Shown: piece after piece, positions 28,401 through 39,568 of the stretch
How the letters are laid out: each line of letters starts with the position of its first letter
How positions within the stretch are numbered: position 1 is the stretch's first letter
Assembly: GCA_002269645.1 (NCBI GenBank)
Contig: NIVC01000573.1
Coordinates: 248,001-312,000 of the forward strand
Length of the DNA stretch: 64,000 nucleotides
From: Macrostomum lignano
Taxonomy: Eukaryota
Direction of reading: 5' to 3'
The notes under the pieces: generated by a model
Databases searched by the model: none
What the model was told of the DNA's origin: nothing
Seen by the model: only the letters and a program-made list of their open reading frames with translations
Program-made: the position numbers and the translations under genes

Positions 28401-28814
28401 CTCTCACCACCGTCACACCTCAATGCAAACCAAATTTGAATTTATTGGACGTCAGAAGCACGTTGATAGAGCTTGAGAAACTAATTTTCAGCCTGTTTTA
28501 ATATTTTCCATTGATTGCGTAACTCAAAACTCAGGTGTTGCAAGTAAAAAGTAATTCTCTTGAGCTAGCAATAGCTTTATGTAACTATATGAAATTCCGT
28601 GCCTATTATACAGCTTTAATCACGGTGCAACCTCGTGCGAGAAAAAGAGTTCAAGGACATCTGAAGTTTGTAGTCATCACTTGTAAGTACTAGAAATACT
28701 ATTACTATTATTTTTATTTTTATTATTAATAGTACTTTTAATATTCAATAACTGCGCAAGCCGAAGAGATGATTTCATAATTACTAATTACATCGAAAGA
28801 ATTACAAAATAGAA

Positions 28815-28816
<2 letters not shown>

Positions 28817-28878
<62 letters not shown>
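28817..28878. repeat. (CAA)n microsatellite
   Basis: Direct reading. Confidence 0.95.
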
Positions 28879-28879
<1 letters not shown>

Positions 28880-28924
28880 TAAAATCCCCCCACCATAAAA
28901 TCCACGGTGACGCCCCTGGTCCTT

Positions 28925-29140
28925 TTTTGTATTGTAGATAGGACTCACCAATCCGACTGACCACTGTCTGGGTGTGTATCCAAGCCTCAGGATTGCATTG
29001 AACAGCTTCAGTAGGACTGATTTTTTTGCCGTGAGCAATGTGTTCATTGAAGCTATTCCCGCTTGCTCTTTTCTTCTTCTGGCTGGATGGGAGCTGAACA
29101 CTTACTCAGATTGTTCTTCTTTATTTCTGATATTTGGGCA
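28925..29140 (-). mobile_element. Short non-LTR retrotransposon RT fragment (start of RT domain), truncated
   Basis: VLLKLFNAILRLGYTPRQWSVGLVSPIY matches the LINE consensus L..LFN.I...G..P..W....I.PI.K. Confidence 0.6.
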
Positions 29141-30067
29141 GTGCTTTTTGGATGTGCCTGTTTAGAAACAGGAGTTCTTGTGCCTTCTTCGGATCCCTGT
29201 GGAGTGTTTGATGAAGGCATCTTCTCAATACAGTCATCAATGCCAGCTCTCTTCAGCTTCTTCAACTGATCTCCGGTATTTGCAAACATAAATTTAAGCG
29301 GTTATTTTTGACACAAGCAGAGATCCAAAGCGAGTTTGTTAAAACAAAACACAATCGTTTTTAGATGCGATTTAGTATATGGAGATAAATGAAATGCAAC
29401 AAAACTGTTTGGCGCAGGCAATGCAATTCGAAAAACAGTTTGAGTCATAGGCACTGATGCAATATGGGCTATGGCTGAAATTGAAAAGCAAGCAGGCTCG
29501 TCATCTGCTATGGTTGCTAGGTCAGCGTAGGAGCTTTGAAGAGCTTCTGCATAGCCCGAGTAAGCTACGACTTGTCTAATTTAAACTAGCTATAGGAAGT
29601 TTACATGCAAGCAGTGCTAGTTTTTTTTCACAAAATATACTAATCACTAAACTTAAACTATCTAATTAAGTGATTTATGGATTTGTCTATGGCCGAAACG
29701 GGCGCTCATTGTTCAAAATATCTATGGTAGTTTACTTAAGGCAATGACATTCAAGCAATGACCCGTCATTGTTTGAAATTGACAAGAAGCAATTTACCGA
29801 GAATATCATTTTAGAAAACGAACGAGTCTATGAGCGTTAAATAAAATAGTCTATGGTTGTAAGTGGGGGCTTTGCCCCCACACCCCTTTCCCTTCCCACT
29901 TAGACCCTGATGGACAAATTGACCAATGAAGTTAGCTGGAATTGAGAAAACATGGTAATTATGTCCTTTAATGCCATAGTTATTAATGTTATTAATGTTG
30001 TTATTAACAATATTATTTCTACACCGTTTATGCATAGTTAATTATTAATTTACATGAATTCTTGTAC

Positions 30068-30265
30068 TGTAACACTTAGTCACTATTTGAGCAATACGTA
30101 CATACAACTTAGTTTTGTTATAACGATGCACGTTTTTCCAGAACTTTCCCGAAACCCCAATTTCATCTATAAATACACGAAACCAGGAATGCAATTATTT
30201 TAAGTCCTTTTCAATCACTCGATTGACTCAAATAAACAGAGCATTCAACTGCTAAAGTCTTTACA
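30068..30265 (+). mobile_element. Probable 5' LTR (about 198 bp) of the Ty3/gypsy element
   Basis: TGTAA...TTACA termini, TATAAATA near 30168, AATAAA near 30233. Immediately followed by a PBS-like TGGTCCGGTGAGG at 30268 and the gag ATG at 30310. No 3' LTR is available to confirm the boundaries. Confidence 0.6.
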
Positions 30266-30309
30266 ACTGGTCCGGTGAGGCGGATCAACGCAAATACATC
30301 GCGACAACA

Positions 30310-32210
30310 ATGTCAACTCCTAGTGACTCCAGTGCGTCGAACCTACCGCCTCCTCCACCGACGGAGCAACCTCCGTTACCGGTCGTCAGCCAGCCCAGCG
30401 GCGTTGCTTCACCACCGGCGATAAGCCCGCCTAGCACCACCGCCGCGGCACCGTCGATTAGCCAGCCCAGCGTCCTTTTCTCGCCGGCTGCGATGCCGCC
30501 TTACCAGCAGGCTGTGGCTGCCGTCAGCGTCAAAGCCCCGCCGTTCTATCGCAACAACCCAGACGCTTGGTTCCAGACGCTGGAATCTCAGTTTAAGTTA
30601 GCCCGCATCACATCCGAGGAAACAAAGTACCATCACCTCGTGTCCAACCTGCCAGAAGACGTCGCATCTGTTCTCCTGTCGTCTGAGACTCCTGCCAACT
30701 ACACTCTACTGAAGACCAGCGTCTGCAACATGATGCAGAAGAGTAAGCAGGAGAAGATTAACGAACTTCTGGCGACATCGGACCTCGGCGGCGACAAGCC
30801 CTCGATTTTTCTACAACGCCTCACAGCCAAGATGTCGCAATGCGGGATACAACCAGCCAGCTGCCCGGACATGGTCAAAGCCACGCTGTTGCGCTGCCTA
30901 CCGAGCGAATTCCGCCTGGCCTTGTCTGGATTCCAGGAACAGACTCCAGCACAGCTCGCCTCCATCGCCGACTCGATGTTCACCGTCCAGAATTCATTCG
31001 GTCGGGTCAACGCAGCGCAACCAGAGCTCATCGCGGCTGTACCAGCAAAACCAACCGGTGACTTCAACAAGGCTCGGAAAACTAGAAGCAAAGCAGGCCG
31101 TTCAAAGCAGGTCAACGCCCCGTCATCTGCCGCGCTCATATCTTCTACGGCCAACAAGCGCGTACCTGCCGCCACTGGTGCCAGTTTCCAAAGGCACCCA
31201 GTCACTTCCCGCGCGTCCTTACGAACAACGAGGCGACGCCAGCGCAATCGCGATCATCGTCACCAACGCGAAACAGCCCAACTCCGGGAAACTGGACGAC
31301 ACTGCCCAACACGCCGCAGTGAGCAGCGTCAGCCGAGGAAATGCGGCGACGAAGCACTTCCTGGTGGTGGACCTCACATTCAACGGTCAATGTCTGTCCT
31401 TCCTCGTCGACACAGGAGCGGAGCCGCTGTGTCCATCATTCCGCCAAAGTATCTCCACCAGGCTCTTCAGGCTACCGGTTACAGATTGACTACCGCCACC
31501 GGCACGTCCATTCCGGTTTCTGGAGAGATCACTCTCACCGTCTCCATCCGAGGACTTCGTCGATCCTTTCAGTGGACCTTCCTCGTCGCCGCCGTCATCC
31601 AGCCGATCCTTGGTTATGACTTACTATCCCGGTACGGTCTTTTAGTTGACTGCAAGGCACGACAACTGGTGGATCCAGAAACTACGCTGCACACGCAGAC
31701 TCTACCTGTCACCAGCCTGCAGCTTGACAGCTTCGCCGTCTCCCTGGCATATCCCGAGCATTGCGATCCGAGAGTGCAACAGCTCATCGATCGTTTTGCC
31801 GACACCTTCTCGTACGTCGAAGGTGGTCGCCTGCCTAGAGCTGAGGAGGTTAAACACAACACGAAGCACCACATCATCACCAACGAGCATCCTCCGACAC
31901 ATGCCAAAGCGCGACAGCTACATCCCGAGAAGCTTGCCATAGCCAAGGACGAGTTCCAGCAGCTGATCGACGCAGGATACCTTCGGCCTTCCGCCAGCAA
32001 CTGGGCATCAGCTCTTCATATGGTTCCCAAGAAGGACAACGGTGTACCTAACGGAAAATGGCGACCCTGCGGTGATTACCGGCAGCTCAACAAGTTGACC
32101 AAACCGGACAACTATCCTATTCCGCACATCCAGTGCTTCACAAGGAGTCTTCACGGTGCAAGGATCTTCTCGAAGCTGGACCTCGTACGAGCGTACCACC
32201 AGATTCCGAC
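30310..32210 (+). mobile_element. Ty3/gypsy LTR retrotransposon of the CsRn1 lineage: gag, protease and N-terminal RT, truncated at about 32210
   Basis: Gag [28 protein letters not shown]...[10 protein letters not shown]. Gag CHCC motif [18 protein letters not shown] (C-x2-H-x9-C-x3-C) in an alternate frame near 31125-31185. Protease [49 protein letters not shown]. Compensating frameshifts; no YxDD, RNase H or integrase. Confidence 0.92.
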
Positions 32211-32330
32211 ATAGACAATCGGGCGTTAAATGTCATTAACTGCCCGCTAATTTGCATGAAAGTAAGTTTGACATAGACAATCGGGCGTTAAATGTCATTA
32301 ACTGCCCGCTAATTTGCATTAAAGTAAGTT
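32209..32330. repeat. 62-bp direct tandem duplication at the gypsy truncation point
   Basis: ACATAGACAATCGGGCGTTAAATGTCATTAACTGCCCGCTAATTTGCAT(G/T)AAAGTAAGTTT occurs twice. Confidence 0.85.
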
Positions 32331-33067
32331 TAAAGCATTAAAGTCCTGCAAGCGGGCTTAAATGTAGTCTGTGGCATTAAAATGCAAGAATAAGTGCCCA
32401 GCGGGCACAAAGGTCATGGTACAATGGCCATAGACACGAGCGGCGATAGCCAACTCTCTTGAATTCTCACTTCCAGACAACCCCTGATTGCCCTAAGCGA
32501 TTGAGAAATCTGAAAAAGTCGATAGTTAGACAAAGTTGGCTGGCGTCTGCAGTCACGTGATTGTGGCTCTTCGCCAGCGCGTGCACTCAAATTTAACGCG
32601 AAACGACCCTGAAAGGCAGAAAAATATAACGAGCGTGCTAATTACCTTTGACTGCAAAACAAATTTTGAAATTCAATAGAACGCGTAACATTCAGATGCA
32701 CGCTCCAAAACATTTAAGCACTTTTTGTTGATAGGACGCTTTTAGAAATGGATGCTTTTCCAAATCGTTTTCGGGGGAAAACACGCATTGTATTTGCCAG
32801 CAGTCTTCCGTAATGGCTACTTGAAGTAGTTTCTGCAGAAAATTACGGACAAAGTATTCTAACAAAATAAGCTTCTGCACAAAGGAGTGTTGGTGCTTTG
32901 TTGCCTGGCATCATAGGTTCTGATATTAGTTACTGTACATAGAACTTTGCAGAACTTTCCGAGATTAAGAGGGTCAAAGTATTTTCAAGTGAACAACTTC
33001 AATAAACGCTCTGGCTATACAAAACTCGATGACAGTAGCAAAAAAATAAGCTCGCTAAGTTGGCTGC

Positions 33068-33853
33068 TTAGAAGGAAAAGAACGGGCCCAGAGGCACCCT
33101 GGCGAAGTCCATGCGCTGCTTCGGCCCTTTCATCGTGAATCGCCGTCTACCAACTTTTGTAACCATGGCCGTAGATTTCTCGTTGTCATAGCGACCGGGC
33201 CCGGGGTTCGGCGGGATGGCCGGCCACAGCCGCGTCTCGCCGCGGCACCCGATGCGGCAGCAGCGCTGGCAGTTGTCGCAGACCCCGGCCGGGGTCGCCT
33301 CGTAGGCTCCTGGCGGCGGGCAGGCCAGCTGGCGCCGCAGCTCCGGGTCGTAGGAGGCGCGCGAGTTGAACTGGAAGCCGCTCGCCCTCGGCCGGGTCGG
33401 ATCGGGCTGGCCGAGAGAGCGCAGCCGGTAGGTGGCCGGCTCCGGCCACTGCTCTTCGCGGTAGAGGCCGTCAACCTTCTGGCGCCAGGGGTCGCAGGTG
33501 CAGAACCAGCTCTTCTCCAGAGACTGCTTGGCTCCGGCAATTTCTGATTGGGATTCAGCATTAGATAGTGAGATTATTGTCTGCTTTGCTTCTAACTGAA
33601 CTCTAACTGAACTGCTCACTTCTCTCAGCCCAGGTGCGCCGGCCCATGGACCAGGCGGGCGAAAAGCCAACGGGCCCGGCCAGATTGTAGGACCCGGGGC
33701 CCGGGTTGCCGCAGTCCCGGTATCGAATCTTGCTGAGGGCCTGTTCGACTGGCAGATCGAGACTGGAGCTAAAAATGTTCATTAGGATCAGAGACGTCTG
33801 AATGTGGGTCATGTGTGTTTGGGGCTCTATTGGCCTCAGTCTGTCTGCGTTAG

Positions 33854-33890
<37 letters not shown>

Positions 33891-33999
33891 TAGTGTCTGT
33901 CTGTCTTAGTGTCTGTCTGTCTTAGTGTCTGTCTGTCTGTCTTTCTGTCTGTCTGTCTGTCTTTCTGTCTGTCTGTCTGTCCGTCTGTCTGTTTATTTA

Positions 34000-34066
<67 letters not shown>

Positions 34067-34069
34067 GCC

Positions 34070-34158
<89 letters not shown>

Positions 34159-34173
34159 GCCTGCCTGTCTGCC

Positions 34174-34222
<49 letters not shown>

Positions 34223-34229
34223 GCCTGCC

Positions 34230-34262
<33 letters not shown>

Positions 34263-34427
34263 GCCTGTCTGTCTGTCTGCCTGCCCCTCACCCTCCGTCC
34301 TCGGTGGTCATGGCAACGGTGGTCATGAGCCTCCCAGTCGTCGCTCCGCCGGGAGGGAACCGAAACCCGGCGGTGACCCGCGGAGGCGACCTGCTGGTTG
34401 CCTGGCTGTTCAGACTTGGCAGCCGAA
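33068..34427 (-). CDS. ODF3/STPG-like (SHIPPO / sperm-tail PG-rich repeat) axonemal protein. Exons 34427-34292, 33768-33620, 33543-33068; 5' end not resolved
   Basis: Repeated P-G-P-G-x-Y-type motifs: [36 protein letters not shown], each followed by an aromatic-containing segment (AWSMG, FQFN, FTMKG). Splice phases are consistent (2, then 1). Confidence 0.7.
33838..34285. repeat. (GTCT)n / (GACA)n microsatellite filling most of the ODF3-like intron
   Basis: Direct reading; on the gene strand it begins immediately after the donor at 34291. Confidence 0.95.
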
Positions 34428-35063
34428 CTGCAGAAGCTGCCACTGCCGACATTTTGTTATGAAGCTGCTCTGCTTGCCAGTGAAAATAGCAATGCGGTGC
34501 TCATGAACCGTTCATTCGTTTGAGTTATGTCTTTTTCAAGTCTGCAGCCTCCTAAACTCTACACCTTTATACTCATTATTGTCCGTCGTTTTCTCCTGGG
34601 TTACAATTTCTCTTACCCCAGCTCACTGCTCACTGCTCACACAGAACAGACGGGTGCGGCAATACCTGCGCTGCGGAGTTCATATAATTGAGATAATATA
34701 ACTATTGGAGCAGGTTCTTTTAAACCTCAAATGTGGTGAGAGAATCCATTATCCACAAAAAAGAGCTTGCCAAGATTTGACAGCGGCAAGTGCAGCCACA
34801 GCAAACTCTGCACAGATGCCTCTCTCAGCAGAGTTACCGCCATCGACAGGAAAGACCTCCTCATGTACCTTTACTGCAAGCCAAGTTAGGAAGGCCAATG
34901 GTTAAAGACGGAAACAGCAAACAATGTCCACCTGAAAGTTAATCGATTTTTATGATACGAGTTGAGTGTAGAACACTGGAGAGAGAATAAGTGTAGATTT
35001 TCCTGAGTTTTACAGCTTGCTCATGTTCCTGGACAGAACGCATGCTTCAGTTAAGCAAGTTTA

Positions 35064-35582
<519 letters not shown>

Positions 35583-35943
35583 AACAAGTTCAGTTGATTT
35601 AACCATATTTTCCGCATCGCATAGCTGTAGGTAAATAGTCGCACAACCAAAATAAGCCACTCTGCTAATAATATAAGTTATTGCTCTGTGTACAGACTTG
35701 GCCCTGGACACTCAGACAATCAGTTTATAAAAAGTTTATAATCGATACCCTGAGCTGCTAAATAGAGCCCGATTAACGCTTTCTTGTCTAAGCTACATCA
35801 AAATTTAACGAGAAGCCACATGTATGCCTGCTGCGTCAATGCGATGGTCACATGGCTGGCACTCTGTGTAAACATGGAGTGCCCATCGCCATCCAGTGCC
35901 AACGGACCGTATAAAGCTATAACTATAGAAAATTCTATTAAGC

Positions 35944-37428
35944 ATGTCTTCTGAAGCTGCCAGCGAGAGCCAGCCGCTGATCGGAGAGCCGTCCGTGCCA
36001 GAAGCAGCAGCCCCAGCTCCCATGAGCTTCCGGTTGAAGCAGACGGCATTTCTGCTGCTACTAATTAAGCTATGCAGCAACACCTACGAGTACCAGATGA
36101 TGGCCTACAGCGCTGAGCTGCAGGCGAACTCCAGCGAGACTGGGAACTGCAGGTACAGCAGGCAGCCGCAGAACTGCTTGTCCAGCCTGGCCTGCAAAGC
36201 CTCGGCTGCTGCGGCCTACGCGATGCCAACCCTGGGCGGCGTTCTGTGCGACGTCCTGCTCGACTGCCTGCCCACTCTCTGGCTGGGCACGGGGGTCCAC
36301 GCGGCCGGCTCCGTCCTGCTTACCGCCATGGACCGTTTGAATATCCTCTGCCACCTGCCCATCTACCTGCTTACCTGGTCGGCCGTGCTGCTCCATCTCA
36401 GCATCAACGATGCCACGATAATTCACGCTCTGCTGCGGCTGTCCAACCACAGCAGGAACCGGCAGGTGCTTGTCTGTCTGTACTTTGCCGCGGCAGCCGC
36501 TGGGGAGACATTGGGCACCGTGCCCTCACTGCTCCGTCAAGAGCAGAGTGACAGTTTTGAAATTATTTGCTTGGTCTTCGGGATGGCGCACCTGGTCTGC
36601 ATGTCGCAGCTGGCCATCTCAGCGCCGCGGACTGCAAGAATTCGCTTTGAGATGCCTCGACTAAGACAGCTGCGCAGGTTCTACCTGATCACGGCCGGCA
36701 CGGTTCTCCCACTGGCCTGCTTGGTGCTGAGCAGGCTGTCGCTCTACTGGCACCAGATCCAATACTTCACCCGTGCTAGCGGAGACCAGGCGATCCTGGC
36801 CTACTACGTGCCCTTCTCCGGGTACCAGACGGCCATGATTTTGTTCAGCCTGGTTGGCGCAGCCGCTGCGGGGAGGTCCGCCGTCCCTGCCTGGTTCGAT
36901 CGCATCATTCGCATCCGCGCTGGTCTCGGGCTGGCCGCGGCCAACAAGCTGCCGCTGATGCTGCTGAGCCTGCTGGACCATCACGGCGTCATCAGCATGG
37001 CGAGCTGGACGCCTCTGTCAATCTGGTCCGCCTACTTTGCGGTGTCATTCGTGGACGGTGCGGCCAACGCGCTCGCCATTCTGACCATCTACGAGGTTGC
37101 GTACAGCATCGCCAACAAGAGCGCCAAGGCTACGATGGTGGGCGTTTTCTACACATTGTGGGGTCTCGCCGTGCTGCTCGGCTCATCCGTGCTCAGCTTT
37201 TTACAATCTGTTGGAGCCGTGGTCCTGGACGATGCAGACGGCAGTCACGGACAGAAGCCGATGGTTCACAATGCCTATGCAGTGATGATAGCTCTGCAGC
37301 TGATTGCCATTGTCTACTGGGAGAAAATTTCCTGGCCGCTTGCTTCGGTAATGCTGCCTTCGGATGCCGAGCTTGACGAGCAGTTCCGCGAGATTCACGA
37401 GGAGTCGCTGACCAGTGCCGATGAATGA
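35944..37428 (+). CDS. Single-exon MFS transporter, divergent POT/SLC15 family (494 aa)
   Basis: Multiple hydrophobic helices. PTLGGVLCDVLL resembles the POT P.LGG..AD..LG motif. IYEVAYSIANKSAKATMVGVFY resembles the SLC15 GLEFAYS.AP.SM....G.F motif. The protein begins MSSEAASESQPLI. Confidence 0.7.
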   Translation: MSSEAASESQPLIGEPSVPEAAAPAPMSFRLKQTAFLLLLIKLCSNTYEYQMMAYSAELQANSSETGNCRYSRQPQNCLSSLACKASAAAAYAMPTLGGVLCDVLLDCLPTLWLGTGVHAAGSVLLTAMDRLNILCHLPIYLLTWSAVLLHLSINDATIIHALLRLSNHSRNRQVLVCLYFAAAAAGETLGTVPSLLRQEQSDSFEIICLVFGMAHLVCMSQLAISAPRTARIRFEMPRLRQLRRFYLITAGTVLPLACLVLSRLSLYWHQIQYFTRASGDQAILAYYVPFSGYQTAMILFSLVGAAAAGRSAVPAWFDRIIRIRAGLGLAAANKLPLMLLSLLDHHGVISMASWTPLSIWSAYFAVSFVDGAANALAILTIYEVAYSIANKSAKATMVGVFYTLWGLAVLLGSSVLSFLQSVGAVVLDDADGSHGQKPMVHNAYAVMIALQLIAIVYWEKISWPLASVMLPSDAELDEQFREIHEESLTSADE

Positions 37429-37534
37429 GATCAGAGGCTCTTCGAGTAATTAGCAGGGGCGAAAGTATGGCATACACAGCCCGTATTTACAATTTATATA
37501 CAGCGTAAAATGTACTCGTACACGTAATCACGTA

Positions 37535-37820
37535 GTTGGAGTTGTAGCCTATTTGTCAGAGCGTCTGACTCACGACTTGAAGGTCGGGGGTTGGATTCCC
37601 GATCCCACTGGAACAATTTGTTTCCTTGAGGAAGACACTTAGCTCAGCACTGCTTCAGCTCACCCAGTTTAATTGAGGCTGAGTGTGGCGCCCCCCCCCC
37701 AGTCCTTCGACTGAACAGCCGTACGCAGCCTTCAGATGCGCCGCGCAGTAGCTGCGGCTGAGCTGTCGGTTGCACATCTGGCCCAATCCGGGCAGGTGTT
37801 ATCTATTATTATTATTATTT
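37535..37820 (+). mobile_element. tRNA-derived SINE, copy 2, with an (ATT)n tail
   Basis: Aligns with 15270-15500 (ACGACTTGAA..TCGGGGGTT.GATTCCCGATCCCACT.GGAACAATTTGT.TCCTTGA...CACATCTGGCCCAA) and ends in ATTATTATTATT. Confidence 0.8.
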
Positions 37821-38830
37821 ATGCAAAGATACACACAGATACTGTGTCACTTCCATATTTCCTGAGCTCCTTTGACTCGAGGACACCAGCAAAAAAGTCT
37901 GCTCCAGTGTTAAACAAAGATTTTTATTTTCGCTTTATCGCAATAATTCATAGACGCACTGCCAGGCTCTATGTAGCCGGTAGCCAACTGTAGAAATTTT
38001 TTCCGAAAAAAGTTCACTGCACACAACAGCTAGCTACAGAAAGCAACATGTTAATTTCGCACTCAGTTCTGCATCGAGATGGCTCGTATTTAACGATTCC
38101 ATATATAGCGAAGACAGCATAGTTTTATTCAATATGCAACATTTCATGTCTTAATTCACTGTGCCCTGAATTGTCATGCGGTACCTTTCGGTTTTTGCTG
38201 TTACTAAAAAAATTACCCATGAAAGAAGCTTTACGTAACTGTAGGTTTGGGTGGACTCACAAAACAACAATACAACAAAACACTGCTCAAAGTACTTTAA
38301 ACTCATGCTCCGCTCCTCTGCCAGCTATACTGTAGTTGCGCATCTAACGATAGTTTGCGCAAAAGAATGCGCGTAAGCCTCAAGAATTCCAAGCTTTTGA
38401 TCAACCTTGCTTCCATCTACCATCTACCTATGCATGTGTCTATGTTACCTATACATCACATGTCAACCTATACTACTTCATGCAAATAGTAGGAAACGCG
38501 TTTATGTTTTAGAGGCAAAATATAAGCGAAAGGGATGAAAAGTGTCACTTAAAAAGATTCTTGTAAGTTTCATCTCAAGTTTTGCACTCAGTTACCGATA
38601 AGATGCGGCTATAGGTTTAACTGTGCAACAGTCAAAGGGGTCGTTAGTCGTTAGTTTTCGTTAGTTTCAAAATTAGCGCATAATTATTATACAGGTTTAG
38701 GTAAATTGATTAGCTTGGCGTACAGTAAAGTCGTAATTAAAATTGCGAACTAATTGTATCCTGCTGCTTAGTCAGTTGTGCTTGTTGGCTCCAATCAAAT
38801 TCACTTAATGATGTAACGCCCGCCGCAATG

Positions 38831-39568
38831 TCAGTCAAAAGGCGACACGCACTCGCACAGAACTCTCGAAATGCCAAGATTTTCTGGAATGTCGCTAAGA
38901 GCTGACAGGTGGCGGTATCTTGCGATGGCATTTTCAGCGCCTCCATGATTGTTCGGCTCCGTGCTGCCAAAGACACTCGGGCTGACGCTGATGTTGCAGC
39001 CGACCCAGAAGAATCTGCCAGCTGGCTCAGGACTGCCGGGCTGCTGGTAGCCTCCGAGCCAGAACGACTTCCTAGAGCTGTGGTGGACAAAGATAGTCTC
39101 GACATGGCTCATCTCCTCAGCGCTGGTCACGTCGGCCATGATGACCAGACCGCTGTCTGACTCGCACTTCTGTCTGCTCGGCCACCAAGCCCCGATGCCA
39201 GAGTACAGCCTGTACTTCACTCCGCACAGGTCCATGCCGTAGCCAGACGGACACAGCGCGCCCGTCTCAAGTCCCTGTTGGGATTTCATAAACACCCGGC
39301 CTCTCCTGGAGCAGCTGCAGTTCTTCACCGACTTGCTGCACTTGTCGAACACGAACAGCTGGCACGGAACCTCAGTCACCCTGAACGCTTGGCAGCTAGG
39401 GGCGCGGCTGCACAGAGCAGCGCAGCCAATCTTGCTATCCTCTTTGGAGTACGTCTGGACAAACTCGCTGTTGATGCACAGGCTAACATCGGTGAGGCTG
39501 TACAGCAGCAGGCTGGCACTGCTGAAGGCGCAGCGCAAAGTCAGTATCGCGACTATAAGGAGCTGCAT
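38831..39568 (-). CDS. Secreted PAN/apple + C-type lectin domain protein, single exon (start at ATG 39568 or 39598)
   Basis: Signal-like MQLLIVAILTLRCAFSSA. PAN-like CAALCSRAPSCQAF...CQL. CTLD with W..SRQKC, FWLGG, FFW, EPNN, EN and terminal LCE. Confidence 0.8.
   Translation of the reverse strand: MQLLIVAILTLRCAFSSASLLLYSLTDVSLCINSEFVQTYSKEDSKIGCAALCSRAPSCQAFRVTEVPCQLFVFDKCSKSVKNCSCSRRGRVFMKSQQGLETGALCPSGYGMDLCGVKYRLYSGIGAWWPSRQKCESDSGLVIMADVTSAEEMSHVETIFVHHSSRKSFWLGGYQQPGSPEPAGRFFWVGCNISVSPSVFGSTEPNNHGGAENAIARYRHLSALSDIPENLGISRVLCECVSPFD

Noticed and set aside
28802-28880. Poly-cysteine C-terminus
   Set aside because: Reverse reading of a (CAA)n microsatellite fused by chance to a LINE fragment.
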